Positions 38,923 to 49,175 of a stretch of 64,000 bases of DNA are shown piece by piece (the first letter of the stretch is position 1; each line of letters starts with the position of its first letter). The stretch comes from Ostreococcus lucimarinus. Its lineage: Eukaryota. A program made the translations under genes and the position numbers. The notes beneath the pieces are model-generated. The model made no database searches. It saw only the letters and a program-made list of their open reading frames with translations, and was not told the origin of the DNA. The stretch lies in the NCBI GenBank assembly GCA_000092065.1, contig CP000584.1. One strand, given 5' to 3'.

Positions 38923-40231
38923 CGAGCGCGTACATCGCGTGCAAAGCGACGCCAGACGTCAAGACGCTTTCATCCAGAATGTACTTCGTGCTATGCAAAG
39001 GATGCGTCGCACCGGCGGTTTCGTTGTACGCTCCGAGCCACATCATGGCAGATGGGTAAGTTTCCCCGAAAAACGAGAAATCTTCCGCGGGCATGACTGG
39101 CACGACGTCGCGCGTGCTCTCGCTTCCGAACAGTTGCGCGGCGACGTTCATCGCCAACCCTGCGGCTCGCGGGTCGTTCACCGTCGGTGGATACGGAATT
39201 CGCTTCACGCCATTGTGCTCAGGTTCAAAAGATGTCGCTGCCGTGCAACCGTGCGCGCTGGCGATGGCAGAAGCCATGTCGGCAATTTTCTGTTGAAATT
39301 TCGCAAAAGTCTTCGGATTGAGCGCTCGCAACGTGCCTTGCAAACTCGCCGTGTCTGGCATGATGTTGCTCGCCGTTCCCGAGTTGAACACGGTGACGCT
39401 GATCACCACGCTATCTAACGGATCCGTCAATCGACTCACGAGCGTCTGCAACGCGGTGACGATCGCGCTACCCGCGACGATGACGTCCACGTTGTTGTGC
39501 GGCACCGCCGCGTGTCCGCCGCGTCCGACGACGACGACGTCGAAGCTCCCCGCTCCAGCCATGATCGTTCCACCGCGCGTGCCCATCGTCCCACTCGGCA
39601 TTTCAGGATACGGCCAATTATGTAATCCAAACACGCTTTCAATCGGCGGTTTCAAATCCAGCATTCCCGTCGTCCCGTCGCTCGGCCGCAACATTTCCTT
39701 CGCCCCCGCCCCGCCTTCCTCCGCCGGTTGAAATATGAACCGCACCACTCCCGGCACGGACGTCTCATCCGCGTCGTACCTCGCCTTTATCACCTTCGCC
39801 GCGCCGAGTAACATCGCCACGTGTCCATCGTGTCCACACGCGTGCATTTTTCCATCGTTCTCGCTCGCGTACGCCAACCCGGTGTCCTCGCGCAGCGGCA
39901 GCGCGTCCATATCCGCTCTCAACCCCACGCTTCGTTCGCCTCGTCCGACGCGCGCGACGATCCCCGTGGACGTCACTCGGTCGTATTCGATCCCGTGCGC
40001 GTCGAGCTCGCGCGCGATGACGTCCGCGGTGGCGCGTTCGGTCCACATGAGTTCGGGATTTTTGTGGATTTCTCGTCGCAGGTCGACGACGTAATCGTGC
40101 GTCGCGCGCGATTGCGACAGGATTTCGCGCGCATCGACGTTTGATGACGACGCGGCGATATCGCGCAGCGTCGTCGCGTCCAGGGCGAGCGCCGCGGGGA
40201 CGTGGGCGAGGAAGAACAGCGCTCTGAGCAT
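38900..40231 (-). CDS. Peptidase M20D-family amidohydrolase (ILR1/IAA-amino-acid hydrolase-like) with a signal peptide
   Basis: ATG at 40231 (MLRALFFLAHVPAALALD). Motifs: MHACGHDGHVAMLLGAAKVIKAR, VRFIFQPAEEGGAGAKEM, LHNWPYPEMPSGTMGTRGGTIMAGAGSFDVVVVGRGGHAAVPHNNVD. The stop TAA at 38900-38902 lies inside a minus-strand TGTAA. Confidence 0.85.
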   Translation of the reverse strand: MLRALFFLAHVPAALALDATTLRDIAASSSNVDAREILSQSRATHDYVVDLRREIHKNPELMWTERATADVIARELDAHGIEYDRVTSTGIVARVGRGERSVGLRADMDALPLREDTGLAYASENDGKMHACGHDGHVAMLLGAAKVIKARYDADETSVPGVVRFIFQPAEEGGAGAKEMLRPSDGTTGMLDLKPPIESVFGLHNWPYPEMPSGTMGTRGGTIMAGAGSFDVVVVGRGGHAAVPHNNVDVIVAGSAIVTALQTLVSRLTDPLDSVVISVTVFNSGTASNIMPDTASLQGTLRALNPKTFAKFQQKIADMASAIASAHGCTAATSFEPEHNGVKRIPYPPTVNDPRAAGLAMNVAAQLFGSESTRDVVPVMPAEDFSFFGETYPSAMMWLGAYNETAGATHPLHSTKYILDESVLTSGVALHAMYALEFLHSGL

Positions 40232-40311
40232 GGCTCGAGCGTCGCGGTGTGGCGCGACGCCGCGCGCGGGACGGGACGGCTGTTCGCTACGCTACATTTT
40301 TGATGTACACG

Positions 40312-42219
40312 CTAGTCTACGATGCGTATGCTCGGCGGGTGATGCGCCACTGCGGGCGGTGCGGCGACGCGCGCGCGAGCGGTGCGCTCGGCGACGACGG
40401 CGACGGCGGGCGAGGCGACGACGGCGCCGTCAAAGGCGCCGATTTTCCAGTAAAACGCCGCCAAGAGGAGGACGACGGGCCAGATGAGCTCGAAGTTCGG
40501 ACTGCTGGCGCAGTAGACGCACAACGCGTGGATGTGTTGTGCGATGCGATAGATGACGACGGCAGCGCGCGTCACACACGGGACGAGGACGTTTCGCGCG
40601 GCGGCTCGGAGGGCGAAGTAGACGCTGCCTCCGGGCGTGGCTTCTATGGCGAGATCGACGATTGGATCGTCTTCCTCTTCTTTAAACGTCTCCAGACGCC
40701 CGTGCGGTCCTATCGAGACGTCATGAAGATTGACGTGCTCGTGTGTTTCCGATTTCGTCGCGCGTCGGCGCGCATCCGATCGCATGGGCGCTTCGCCGAC
40801 GACGGACATCGCGCGGCGATTCGCCGCCGGCCTTCGCCGCCGCGGACTTCCTAAATCTCCCGGTTCAAGGCTGTACACGGACGTCCCGTCGTCGGACATG
40901 TCGTCGACTCGACTGAGAATTTCGCCCAGATCGCTTTCGTCGTCAAACGCGCTGCCGTCTATTTGGTTCATGGCTTGCAGCCAGCGCTGCGTGGCGATTT
41001 GCCGCGACGCCTCTGAACGCGCGAGCTCGTCTTGAACGTTGGTGAGTTGTTCTTCAAGCTGCGCTCGACGCATGTTCTCATCGGCGAGCCAGACGATGAA
41101 TCGTTTACGTCCACCGACGGATCCCATTTCCTCCTCGTCCTCGTCTTCTTGACCGAACTGAAATCGCATCTCGTCGACTATGCCCGACATCGCGTTTTCC
41201 ACGATGGCGCTCAGTTCGTGATTGATGGCATCCGTGACGCTCGACACGACTTGCTCGCCCTCGCGCTTATTCGTCTGCAGCGCGGGCGAATCCATCGCGC
41301 GCTCTAACGCCGATTTCACCGTCTCCAGGACGAGCTTCTCGACTTTACCTTCCCATACCTTCACCGCCGCCGTCGTTCGCTCCAACGGCGTCCCGCCGTC
41401 TCTCCGCTCTTCGCCATCCACCTGCGAATTCGTCGTCACCGATTCCGGGGCGCCACCGCGATTCTCCGTTTCCATCACTTGCAACAACGTCGTGCGAAGC
41501 TCACCGATGATGTCCGCCGCCTGCGAAAGCTTCTTCTCTTGTTCGCGAACCGTCTCCTCGGCTTCTTCGGCGCGTCGCGTCGCGTCCTCGTCCCGCTCCT
41601 CCCCCGCCCCTCGTTCGTACTCGCTCAATTTCTCCTCCAACGCCCGTCGCGCTCGCCTTTCGCTCTCCACGAGATCGAACAGCTCCTTCACCGTCTCATC
41701 CAGCGCCTCCTCCTCCTCCTCCTCCTCGTCCCGCGTCGCCGGCGTCTCCGTCCCCCTCGCGCGCAATTCCTCCCCCAATCGCGCGTTCTCCTCGCTCAAC
41801 CGCGCGTTCTCCCCCCGCTCTCGCGCCAACATCCGCACCGCCCCCCCCGCACCGTCCCTCGCGCCCTCCCATCCCGCCCGTTCCCTCGTCCCGTCTCGCC
41901 CGTCTCGCGCGTCCCGCGCGTCCCGCTTCAGCGCCTCTTCCGCCGCCCGCGTGCTCTCCAGCACGTCCTCCACGCGCACGCGCGCCCCGACCGTTCGTTC
42001 GCCCGCGTTCGCGCTTCCCTCGCGCGTCGTCGCGCGCTTCCCTCGCGTCGTCGCGCCGTCCCGTCGCTTCGCGCGCGTCGTCGCGCCGCGCGTCTCGCGA
42101 TGGCGCGTCTTCCCCTCGTCGTCGCGGCCGACGAACGGGTACCGCGCCGACGTCGTCGGCATCGCGCGACGCGCGCGATCGATCGACGCGTCGTCGTCGA
42201 ACACGCGCGTCGTCCGCAT
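40312..42219 (-). CDS. Acidic coiled-coil protein with a C-terminal hydrophobic segment (tail-anchored-like); function unknown
   Basis: Candidate ATG at 42219 (MRTTRVFDDD); other candidates at 42528 (ORF-track start, codon not checked) and 42162. Long Glu/Arg/Leu heptad-like middle (ENARLSEENARLGEELRARG...ERRARRALEEKLSEYERG...). Near the C-terminus: AAVVIYRIAQHIHALCVYCASSPNFELIWPVVLLLAAFYWKIGAF. The exact ends are uncertain. The plus-strand ORFs at 41222..42315 are antisense artefacts. Confidence 0.4.
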   Translation of the reverse strand: MRTTRVFDDDASIDRARRAMPTTSARYPFVGRDDEGKTRHRETRGATTRAKRRDGATTRGKRATTREGSANAGERTVGARVRVEDVLESTRAAEEALKRDARDARDGRDGTRERAGWEGARDGAGGAVRMLARERGENARLSEENARLGEELRARGTETPATRDEEEEEEEALDETVKELFDLVESERRARRALEEKLSEYERGAGEERDEDATRRAEEAEETVREQEKKLSQAADIIGELRTTLLQVMETENRGGAPESVTTNSQVDGEERRDGGTPLERTTAAVKVWEGKVEKLVLETVKSALERAMDSPALQTNKREGEQVVSSVTDAINHELSAIVENAMSGIVDEMRFQFGQEDEDEEEMGSVGGRKRFIVWLADENMRRAQLEEQLTNVQDELARSEASRQIATQRWLQAMNQIDGSAFDDESDLGEILSRVDDMSDDGTSVYSLEPGDLGSPRRRRPAANRRAMSVVGEAPMRSDARRRATKSETHEHVNLHDVSIGPHGRLETFKEEEDDPIVDLAIEATPGGSVYFALRAAARNVLVPCVTRAAVVIYRIAQHIHALCVYCASSPNFELIWPVVLLLAAFYWKIGAFDGAVVASPAVAVVAERTARARVAAPPAVAHHPPSIRIVD

Positions 42220-42605
42220 CGCGCGCCCGCGAGTGCGCGTCGCGCGCGAATGAATGGAATGAACGAATGCGCGTCGCGAATGCGCCGAAGTGGTAAGTCC
42301 GTGTGTGAGACTTAGTCTCGAATCGTCGCGCGACCGGTCCGTGTGTGCGACTCGACGCGCGTGAGACGCGCGCGACGGCGGCGGCGCCGGCGTCGAGGCG
42401 CGCGACGACGCGACGCGGTGAACGAGTGTGCGCGCGGCGACGCGCGTTCTGAGAATACATCGTCCGAACTTGATCACGGTAATACGTGCGAGAAGGATCA
42501 CCGAACGTCGAGCGCGACGCGAGCGCATCGCGCGCGCATCGGGGCGCGGGGCGCAGAAGGAGGGATCGACGGCGACGAGAGCGACGCGCGAACGATACGG
42601 CGAGG

Positions 42606-44339
42606 ATGGCGTACCCGACGCTGACGAGCGGGGCGGCGATCGCGACGGTGGAGGCGACGACGCTGTTTTTTTTCGTCGTCGCGATGGCGTTCGCGGTGCG
42701 GAGGGAGGATGGGACGCGGATGACGGCGACTGAGTTCGCGAGGGCGGCGAAGAAGCCGAACGTGCGATGGATGTCGGCGAAGAACTCGCTGCCGTGGCAA
42801 CAGGTGGGGCTGTCGTACTTCGCGGGAGGTATGGGGGCGTGGGTGTACTACGGCACGACCGAGATGGGCGCGAACACGCGGTTGTCGTGGTGGGGGGTGT
42901 TCGGGTACTCGTTCGCGAGCGCGTCGCCGGCGATTTTGATGATCTTCATCGCGCCGACGATCAAGGCGTTCGTGGGCGACAAGAATGGGTTCTCGGTGAC
43001 TGATTTCGCGCTCACGCGATTCGGTCGTTGCATGCAACTCGTCGCCGCGTTCATGAGCACGATGTATCTGTTCATCTTCTTGTGCGCGGAAATTTCCACC
43101 ATCGCCAACGTCGCCGCGCTCTTCTCCGACGTGCAGGGTGCGGAATCCAAGTACTCTCGCGACGTCATTCTCGGCACGGTCTGCGTCATCACGCTTTCGT
43201 ACACCATGATTGCGGGTTTACCCGCGTCCGTGATCACCGATCGCGTGCAAGGCGTGATGATTACCGGTTTCATGTTGCTCTTCAGCTGCGTCGTGCTCGC
43301 GAAGAACGAAGTCACCGCGACGCAGATGCGCGCGGTGTCCAAGTCCACCACGAACGGGTTTGTCGTCATGATCACTCTGATCATCGCTACCCTCGGCGCA
43401 GAATTATTCAACGCCGGTCAGTGGCAGCGCGTGTACGCCGCCCGTTCCACGCAAGATCTTCGCAAAGGTCTCGCGTTGGGCGCCGGTATGATTTTTGTCG
43501 TCATGTGGTTCTTCGGTATTCTCGGTGTCACCGCCGTGGCCAAGTACCGCGCCGATTTCGACGACTTCTCCAGGCTCCATTACCTTGCGTTCTTCGAACT
43601 CGCCGAAGGTCTCGCAAAGGGTTGGCACGTAATCATTCTGATTTTTGCAACCTCGCTTTGCGTGAGTTCGGTGGATTCCATCCAAAACGGCTTAACTTCT
43701 GTGTTATACCGTGACATCTTGAACTACGATCTTCCAGCAAACTCGGTGCGAGTAATTTGCGCTGCGTTGAATGTCGGTGCCATTTTCGTCGCCGTCGATA
43801 AGATTGACGTCTTGTCTCTCTTTTTGATGGTTGACTTGGTGTGCGCGCTCGCCGCGCCGGCGCTCTACCTCGGTCTCATCCGCAAAGACATCAACTCCTT
43901 CATCATCGCACCGACCGAGCTCGGTGCAATCATGGGCGTTGTGTGTGGCTGCATCGCCGTCATCGTTCAAGGCGCCGTCCTCGATTTGGACGGCGCGTGG
44001 ACCGATAAGTACGGCGCGGTGCACTCCACCAGGGCCGCGGCCATGGTTAACCCGCCGATTGTTCACCGCGCGTGGGGTCCGTTTGGAAACTTTTGGCTTC
44101 CGGACGGCACAACCATCGAAGGCGGTGGCTTGCAAGCCTTTGGCGGCAAGCGCACTCTCCTCACGTTCATCCTCGCCGTCGTCTTCTCTGCTTTCGGTAC
44201 CATGTTCTTCTCTTGGCTCGACGTGTACTTTCGCGGCGAATCCGCCCGTAAACCGTTGATTAAAGTCAAGTTGCTCAAGAAGGGCAGGACAGGCATCGAG
44301 GAGAAACCTCTCGAGGCAGTCGAGACGACGACGGTGTAA
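42606..44339 (+). CDS. Sodium:solute symporter (SSS) family transporter, possibly DUR3-like (urea/polyamine)
   Basis: ATG at 42606 (MAYPTLTSGAAIATVEATTLFFFVVAMAF). About 13-15 hydrophobic segments across 577 aa. An SSS-type loop (WQQVGLSYFAGGMGAWVYYGTTEMG) is followed by ...TDFALTRFGR... with the same architecture as plant DUR3. Family call from pattern memory only. Confidence 0.6.
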   Translation: MAYPTLTSGAAIATVEATTLFFFVVAMAFAVRREDGTRMTATEFARAAKKPNVRWMSAKNSLPWQQVGLSYFAGGMGAWVYYGTTEMGANTRLSWWGVFGYSFASASPAILMIFIAPTIKAFVGDKNGFSVTDFALTRFGRCMQLVAAFMSTMYLFIFLCAEISTIANVAALFSDVQGAESKYSRDVILGTVCVITLSYTMIAGLPASVITDRVQGVMITGFMLLFSCVVLAKNEVTATQMRAVSKSTTNGFVVMITLIIATLGAELFNAGQWQRVYAARSTQDLRKGLALGAGMIFVVMWFFGILGVTAVAKYRADFDDFSRLHYLAFFELAEGLAKGWHVIILIFATSLCVSSVDSIQNGLTSVLYRDILNYDLPANSVRVICAALNVGAIFVAVDKIDVLSLFLMVDLVCALAAPALYLGLIRKDINSFIIAPTELGAIMGVVCGCIAVIVQGAVLDLDGAWTDKYGAVHSTRAAAMVNPPIVHRAWGPFGNFWLPDGTTIEGGGLQAFGGKRTLLTFILAVVFSAFGTMFFSWLDVYFRGESARKPLIKVKLLKKGRTGIEEKPLEAVETTTV

Positions 44340-44558
44340 ACGACAAGATTCGTACATTTCAAGATTCGGAGACAATCCTTTGGATTTTTTCCACCTTTTC
44401 TCACAAGCGGAAGACTCAACTCAGACTCACTTAGACGTAGCTCTTTTTTAGTTGCTCAGTCGTACGGTAGGTACTGTAGCCTCACTTCCAATAATATTTA
44501 TATTTTCTACAAAACAAAGAATGTCGCTACTGCCGCGCTACTGCTACTATGCATGCTA

Positions 44559-45887
44559 CTATGTGTACTGATTTCGCTTCGAGAACGCGTCGACGAGGAC
44601 GTTTTGAGGCGTCTGCCATTCGGCGCGCACGAGCGTCTCGACGGTGCGCAACACGTCCTCTGCGCTCGTTTTCGTTGGATCGAGCTGCATCACAGACTTC
44701 ATGTGAGGCAATAAATTGGGATTCCCAGCAAACAAATATTTCACGATGGATTTAATCTTCCCCACCTTGAAGGTCTCGAGCTCTTGCGCCTGGACGCCGC
44801 TCCCGCGCTTGCCGTTTGGTTTATTTTCCGTCTTGAACACCTCCGCCGCGAAAGTTCTTAAAAAGTCAATCACGAGCTCGACTTCGAACTCGCGCTCGAA
44901 GACATCATCGCTCACTCGCACAACTCCTTGAGCGTCCCGCGAGACTGTTGCAGCGATGCGTCGAAAGATTAATGGATCTTGCACCGCCCCGCGACCGAGC
45001 ATGATGCCGTCCGCGTCGCTCACCCTGAGCAATTCAGCGGCGCGTTGCGGACTCGTGACGTCCCCATTCCCGAGCACCGGAATGTCCAAAACATCTTTCG
45101 CGAACGCGATTTCTTCCCAATTCGCTCGACCTGAGTACCCTTGCGCGCGCGTTCTCGCGTGTAGCGACACGAATCTCGCCCCCGCCTCGCGAGCCGCCAG
45201 CAAATTCTCCCGCAACAACGACGAATCGTCGTATCCGCTCCGAAGCTTCATCGTCACGTGCGCGCCGCTTCCTCTCGCCCCATCCGCCACCGCCTTCACG
45301 CACGCGTACACGTACTCGGGATCTCTCAACAGCGACGATCCCGCGCCTTTCCCCGTGACCACGTTCGCCGGGCATCCGCAATTCAAGTCGATTCGCGGCG
45401 CCGATTTCTCCGTCGCCAAATGTCTCGCCGCGAGCTCCAGCAACCACGGTTCGCTCCCCATGATCTGCGCCCCCAGCGGCACGCGCGCCGTCGCGTTGAA
45501 TCTCAACTCATCCGCGTCGTAATTTGCGCACAGATTCTTCACCAATTTCGTCGGATCCGCGCCGTTCGGCAGCGCGCCCGGAATTCTGATAAACTCTCGA
45601 CACGCCTCGTCGAAACCACCGGCGCCGTTCGCCGCGAGCGCGACGCGGAACCGCGCGTCGCCGAGCCCTTCCATCGGCGCCGCGAACGTCGGCACCGCGC
45701 CTCCGCGTCGACCGCGCGCGAACAGCGCGTCGTAGTCGAAGCGCGGCGGCGTCGACGCGCCGTCGGTGGACGCGGCGGCGGCGGCGGCGGCGCGCGTTCG
45801 AGCGTCGCGCGCGCGTCGCGCGCGCGCGCGAGGACGACCGCGCGAGGGCGACGATCGCGGCGCGCGCGAGGACGGCAGGGCGCGCAT
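44559..45887 (-). CDS. tRNA-dihydrouridine synthase (DUS family) with an Arg/Ser-rich N-terminal presequence
   Basis: In-frame ATG near 45887 (MRALPSSRAPRSS...); the ORF-track start at 46031 is part of the divergent neighbour's start region. DUS motifs: VPTFAAPMEGLGD, IDLNCGCPANVVTGKGAGSSLLRDPEYVYACVKAV, VTMKLRSGYDD, RFVSLHARTRAQGYSGRANWEEIAFAKDVLDIPVLGNGDV. Confidence 0.75.
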   Translation of the reverse strand: MRALPSSRAPRSSPSRGRPRARARRARDARTRAAAAAAASTDGASTPPRFDYDALFARGRRGGAVPTFAAPMEGLGDARFRVALAANGAGGFDEACREFIRIPGALPNGADPTKLVKNLCANYDADELRFNATARVPLGAQIMGSEPWLLELAARHLATEKSAPRIDLNCGCPANVVTGKGAGSSLLRDPEYVYACVKAVADGARGSGAHVTMKLRSGYDDSSLLRENLLAAREAGARFVSLHARTRAQGYSGRANWEEIAFAKDVLDIPVLGNGDVTSPQRAAELLRVSDADGIMLGRGAVQDPLIFRRIAATVSRDAQGVVRVSDDVFEREFEVELVIDFLRTFAAEVFKTENKPNGKRGSGVQAQELETFKVGKIKSIVKYLFAGNPNLLPHMKSVMQLDPTKTSAEDVLRTVETLVRAEWQTPQNVLVDAFSKRNQYT

Positions 45888-46029
45888 GCGGGCGCGTCGC
45901 GACGCCGCGCGCGTCGGAGTGTCGATTCGTCTGCCGAGTGTGCTATTTTGGGACGCGCGCGCGCGCGTCACTGCGCGGCGCGCGCGGCGCGTCGACGATC
46001 GAGGGCGGCGACGAGGCTTTAAAATTACC

Positions 46030-49000
46030 ATGAACGTCGCGCGCGACCGGCCGACGGTGGCGGAGGCGTACGCGCGCGCGCAGGCGCGCGTGTGCGCGAG
46101 GCTGCAGAGAGAGCAGGAAGTCGCGCGGGCGTCGAGCGCGGTGCGCGCGGTCGACGACGACGCGCGCGCGCGCGACCGCGCGACGGTGGACGTCGTTCGA
46201 GTCGTTGAACGGGGCGAGGGATCGTCGAGGCATCCGCGACGGGTGGCTCGAGAGGAGATCGGCGCGTGGCGGGTGCGCAGACTGGCGACGCGGGACGAGC
46301 GCGCGGCGGCGTACGCGGCGGCGTGCGTCGAACACGGTGCGCGCGTCAGTTCGAGAGTGCTGCGACAGTTGGAGAAAAAGTACGCCGATGTGGCGTCTTC
46401 GGGTCTGGGGTCGAGCGGCGCGAAGGCGATCGCGGCGGGCGTGGCGGAGAACGCGACGATGGAGAGCCTAAACGTGAGTCGGAATCAAATCGACGACGAC
46501 GGAGTCTCTGCGTTGTGCGCCGCGGCCGCGCGCGCGAAGGTTCTGCGGGCGCTGAATTTTAGTGAAAACAAAGTTTCGAGCGCGATCGCGCCCACGTGCG
46601 CGGAAGCGGTGAAAAAAATCAAGGTTTTGAATTTTTCGGCGTGCGGCGTCGACGACGCGTGCGCGACGGCGTTGTTCGCCGCTCTTCGGAGCAACACGTG
46701 CGGACTCGAAAGTTTGAATTTATCAAGGAATAAGTTGACCGATGCGAGTGGTCGATGCATCGGCGACGCCTTGGGCGCGGACATTTCGTTACGAGTTCTC
46801 AACGTGTCCTGGAACGCCATCGGCTCGGAGTGGTGCGCGCACGTGTCGCGCGGTCTGAAGCTGAACACGCGATTAGAATTCTTATCCTTGGCGTGGAACG
46901 GCATCGGTGACGAAGGTGGTAAACACATAGGTGACTCACTGAGCGTCAATCGATCGCTACTGGAGCTCGATTTATCGCGATGTCGATTGGGATGCGACGC
47001 GTCGATGGTCATAAGCGAAGGCTTGCGAACGAACGACGTGTTGACGACACTTCGACTAGATCACAACGCCATGGGCGAAGACGGCGGGCGGCACTTGATG
47101 TCCATGTTACTGGAAAACGATTGTCTCACAGTGCTGACGTGCTCGGGATCTTCTTTCGTGGACGTGCCGAAGAAGAAGAGGAAATCCACCACGAAACACG
47201 GCGTCGCGGCGTTCAATTCGCACAATCCAGACGGCCGATACACGCTAAATCTCGACGACACGGGTGAGCGCGCCATCGCATCAAAGTTGTGGCACTTAGA
47301 AAGCGAGAATCCTGGAAGCATGACGAGCGCTAAAAAGGTTCCTTCGGGTGTGGATGTGCTGGATGATTTCAAGCGCGAAGGCTTGAGCGGCGTCTCGCGC
47401 GGCGTGATCGAGATTCAATTCGTCACGAGCGCAGCGCGTTTGGCGAGACGGCCTGTGGTCATCGAAGACGAAGACTTTGAAAATATCTTGAGGCAACTTC
47501 GAAGCAATCGGCTTTCAGACTTCGAGCGGCTCAGTCGACTCATGCTGTTTTGCCGCAGCTACTACTTTGAAACCTCGCACGCCGCGAAACTTCTAGATAC
47601 CTTTATTCTCGAAGGCACCGATCGCTTACAAGCCGCCTCAGCTATTTACGCGCGCTTACTTGATGCTGAAAACGCTGAGAAGATGTTCACATCGAAGTTT
47701 GAGTTCGAAAAGCTTCGGAACATACTTGGTTCTTACGCACATTTTCGCGCGGCGAATCCCACAGGGCGGTACGATTTAAACTTAGCTGTCGACATAGACA
47801 GAACGATCGCTTCGACGATGATGGACAGCGCAACGTTCGAAGGGCGACGCCGAACGTGGCGAAACGTGCGATTGAATCGGACGCGAATCACGGATGTGAT
47901 GCCGTCAGGTGTTCCCGAGTCGCTCATGCGATGCATGCCAAACGTCGGCACGCTCGAATTCGATTACACGAGCAACATTCGCGCGTCAGAAAGCGCGATG
48001 GCGGAAACCGATGAGAAACTTCACACGTTTCTGCATTCAGTCGCAGTCTTGACCAACTCAACGAGCGAATGGGCGGCCGTGAGATCAGTGAGGGCGCTTT
48101 ACGCTCTTCGCGAGGCTTCGGTGCGCGTGCACGTGAACGCACGTCAATACCAGAGAGTATGCGACGCTTTTCCACCCGGTCCCGATCGCGTAGAGGCGGC
48201 CGTGATCTTATTCAATCGCGTGATCGACCACGCCAACGTACCCGCCGTCGTCGGTCGGTATTCAAGTTTCGAGCAAAGTATTTTTGGCGCTCGCATGGGA
48301 TGGAGAAACGTCCTCGGCGATTCGCCGCAGGCGTTCACGATGCACTACAGACTCGATCTGAACTGCGACGAGCAAGCGAGCGTGGCGAAGCACTTAGTCA
48401 GCGCCGCGGTGCGTGATTACAAAGACGTTCAAGTCATACGTAACGTCACCATCAACGGTCGAAGACTTCCTCGCGATCCCGTCGAGGACGACACCCTTTG
48501 GAGCGTGCTCACCGCCGAATCCTTCACCCCCGTGCTCGAATTCGACTACTTCGGCGCCGACGTCTGGGACGTCGTCCGTCGAGAGTTAAACATCACCGAA
48601 ATCCCCGACGAAAAGCCCGAGCGCGAGGCCGCGCTCAAGCGTCTCGCCTCCCGGCTCGCCTTCCTCCGAGCGTCCACCCTCCAGTGCGCCTGGATCGAGC
48701 TCGCCGCCGCCGACGCCGCCCTCCCTCATCCAACCGGCGACGCCTCGTGGCGCAAATCCTGGCACGAAACCCTCCGAATGATTTGTCGCACCGAGCACTC
48801 CCACAGCTCTAAATCTCCGCTCCGTCTCATCTTCGACTTCCTCGACGCCGACGGTTCCGCCTCCCTCTCCATCGACGAATTCGTCGCCGGCGCCTCGAGC
48901 GCCCTCGGCCGTCCGATCCCTCGCGCTTTGCTCGCGCCGTACTTCGACCCGCGCCACTTCACCGACGACAGGCACTTGGGCGTCGTTTCTTTCGACGTTT

Positions 49001-49032
49001 TCGAGGCGATTTGCGTGGAGAATTTCGCGTGA
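46030..49032 (+). CDS. Ribonuclease-inhibitor-type leucine-rich-repeat (LRR_RI) protein with a C-terminal EF-hand-like loop
   Basis: ATG at 46030 (MNVARDRPTVAEAY). At least 8 RI-type LRRs (LNVSRNQIDDDGVSALCAAAARAKVLRALNFSENKV..., LESLNLSRNKLTDASGRCIGDAL, LRVLNVSWNAIGSEWCAHVSRGL, LEFLSLAWNGIGDEGGKHIGDSL, LLELDLSRCRLGCDASMVISEGL, LTTLRLDHNAMGEDGGRHLMSML). Near the C-terminus: FDFLDADGSASLSIDEFVAG fits an EF-hand loop. Confidence 0.6.
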   Translation: MNVARDRPTVAEAYARAQARVCARLQREQEVARASSAVRAVDDDARARDRATVDVVRVVERGEGSSRHPRRVAREEIGAWRVRRLATRDERAAAYAAACVEHGARVSSRVLRQLEKKYADVASSGLGSSGAKAIAAGVAENATMESLNVSRNQIDDDGVSALCAAAARAKVLRALNFSENKVSSAIAPTCAEAVKKIKVLNFSACGVDDACATALFAALRSNTCGLESLNLSRNKLTDASGRCIGDALGADISLRVLNVSWNAIGSEWCAHVSRGLKLNTRLEFLSLAWNGIGDEGGKHIGDSLSVNRSLLELDLSRCRLGCDASMVISEGLRTNDVLTTLRLDHNAMGEDGGRHLMSMLLENDCLTVLTCSGSSFVDVPKKKRKSTTKHGVAAFNSHNPDGRYTLNLDDTGERAIASKLWHLESENPGSMTSAKKVPSGVDVLDDFKREGLSGVSRGVIEIQFVTSAARLARRPVVIEDEDFENILRQLRSNRLSDFERLSRLMLFCRSYYFETSHAAKLLDTFILEGTDRLQAASAIYARLLDAENAEKMFTSKFEFEKLRNILGSYAHFRAANPTGRYDLNLAVDIDRTIASTMMDSATFEGRRRTWRNVRLNRTRITDVMPSGVPESLMRCMPNVGTLEFDYTSNIRASESAMAETDEKLHTFLHSVAVLTNSTSEWAAVRSVRALYALREASVRVHVNARQYQRVCDAFPPGPDRVEAAVILFNRVIDHANVPAVVGRYSSFEQSIFGARMGWRNVLGDSPQAFTMHYRLDLNCDEQASVAKHLVSAAVRDYKDVQVIRNVTINGRRLPRDPVEDDTLWSVLTAESFTPVLEFDYFGADVWDVVRRELNITEIPDEKPEREAALKRLASRLAFLRASTLQCAWIELAAADAALPHPTGDASWRKSWHETLRMICRTEHSHSSKSPLRLIFDFLDADGSASLSIDEFVAGASSALGRPIPRALLAPYFDPRHFTDDRHLGVVSFDVFEAICVENFA

Positions 49033-49175
49033 TCGCGCGTCGAGATTTCATCAACCAGACGTTAAGCGCGGGCGCGGCGAAGAGCGACGCGCCGCGCGCG
49101 TTTCGAGAGCATCGCTTCGCCGCGCCGCGTCTCGCTCGAGCCACCCTGGATGTGGCGACGCACTCCTCGCCTCGG

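Noticed and set aside
41222-42315. ORFs 41222..42253 + and 41479..42315 +
   Set aside because: Antisense to the acidic coiled-coil gene; products are Ser/Arg/Pro low complexity.
45258-46022. ORF 45258..46022 + (254 aa)
   Set aside because: Antisense to the DUS gene; Arg-rich.
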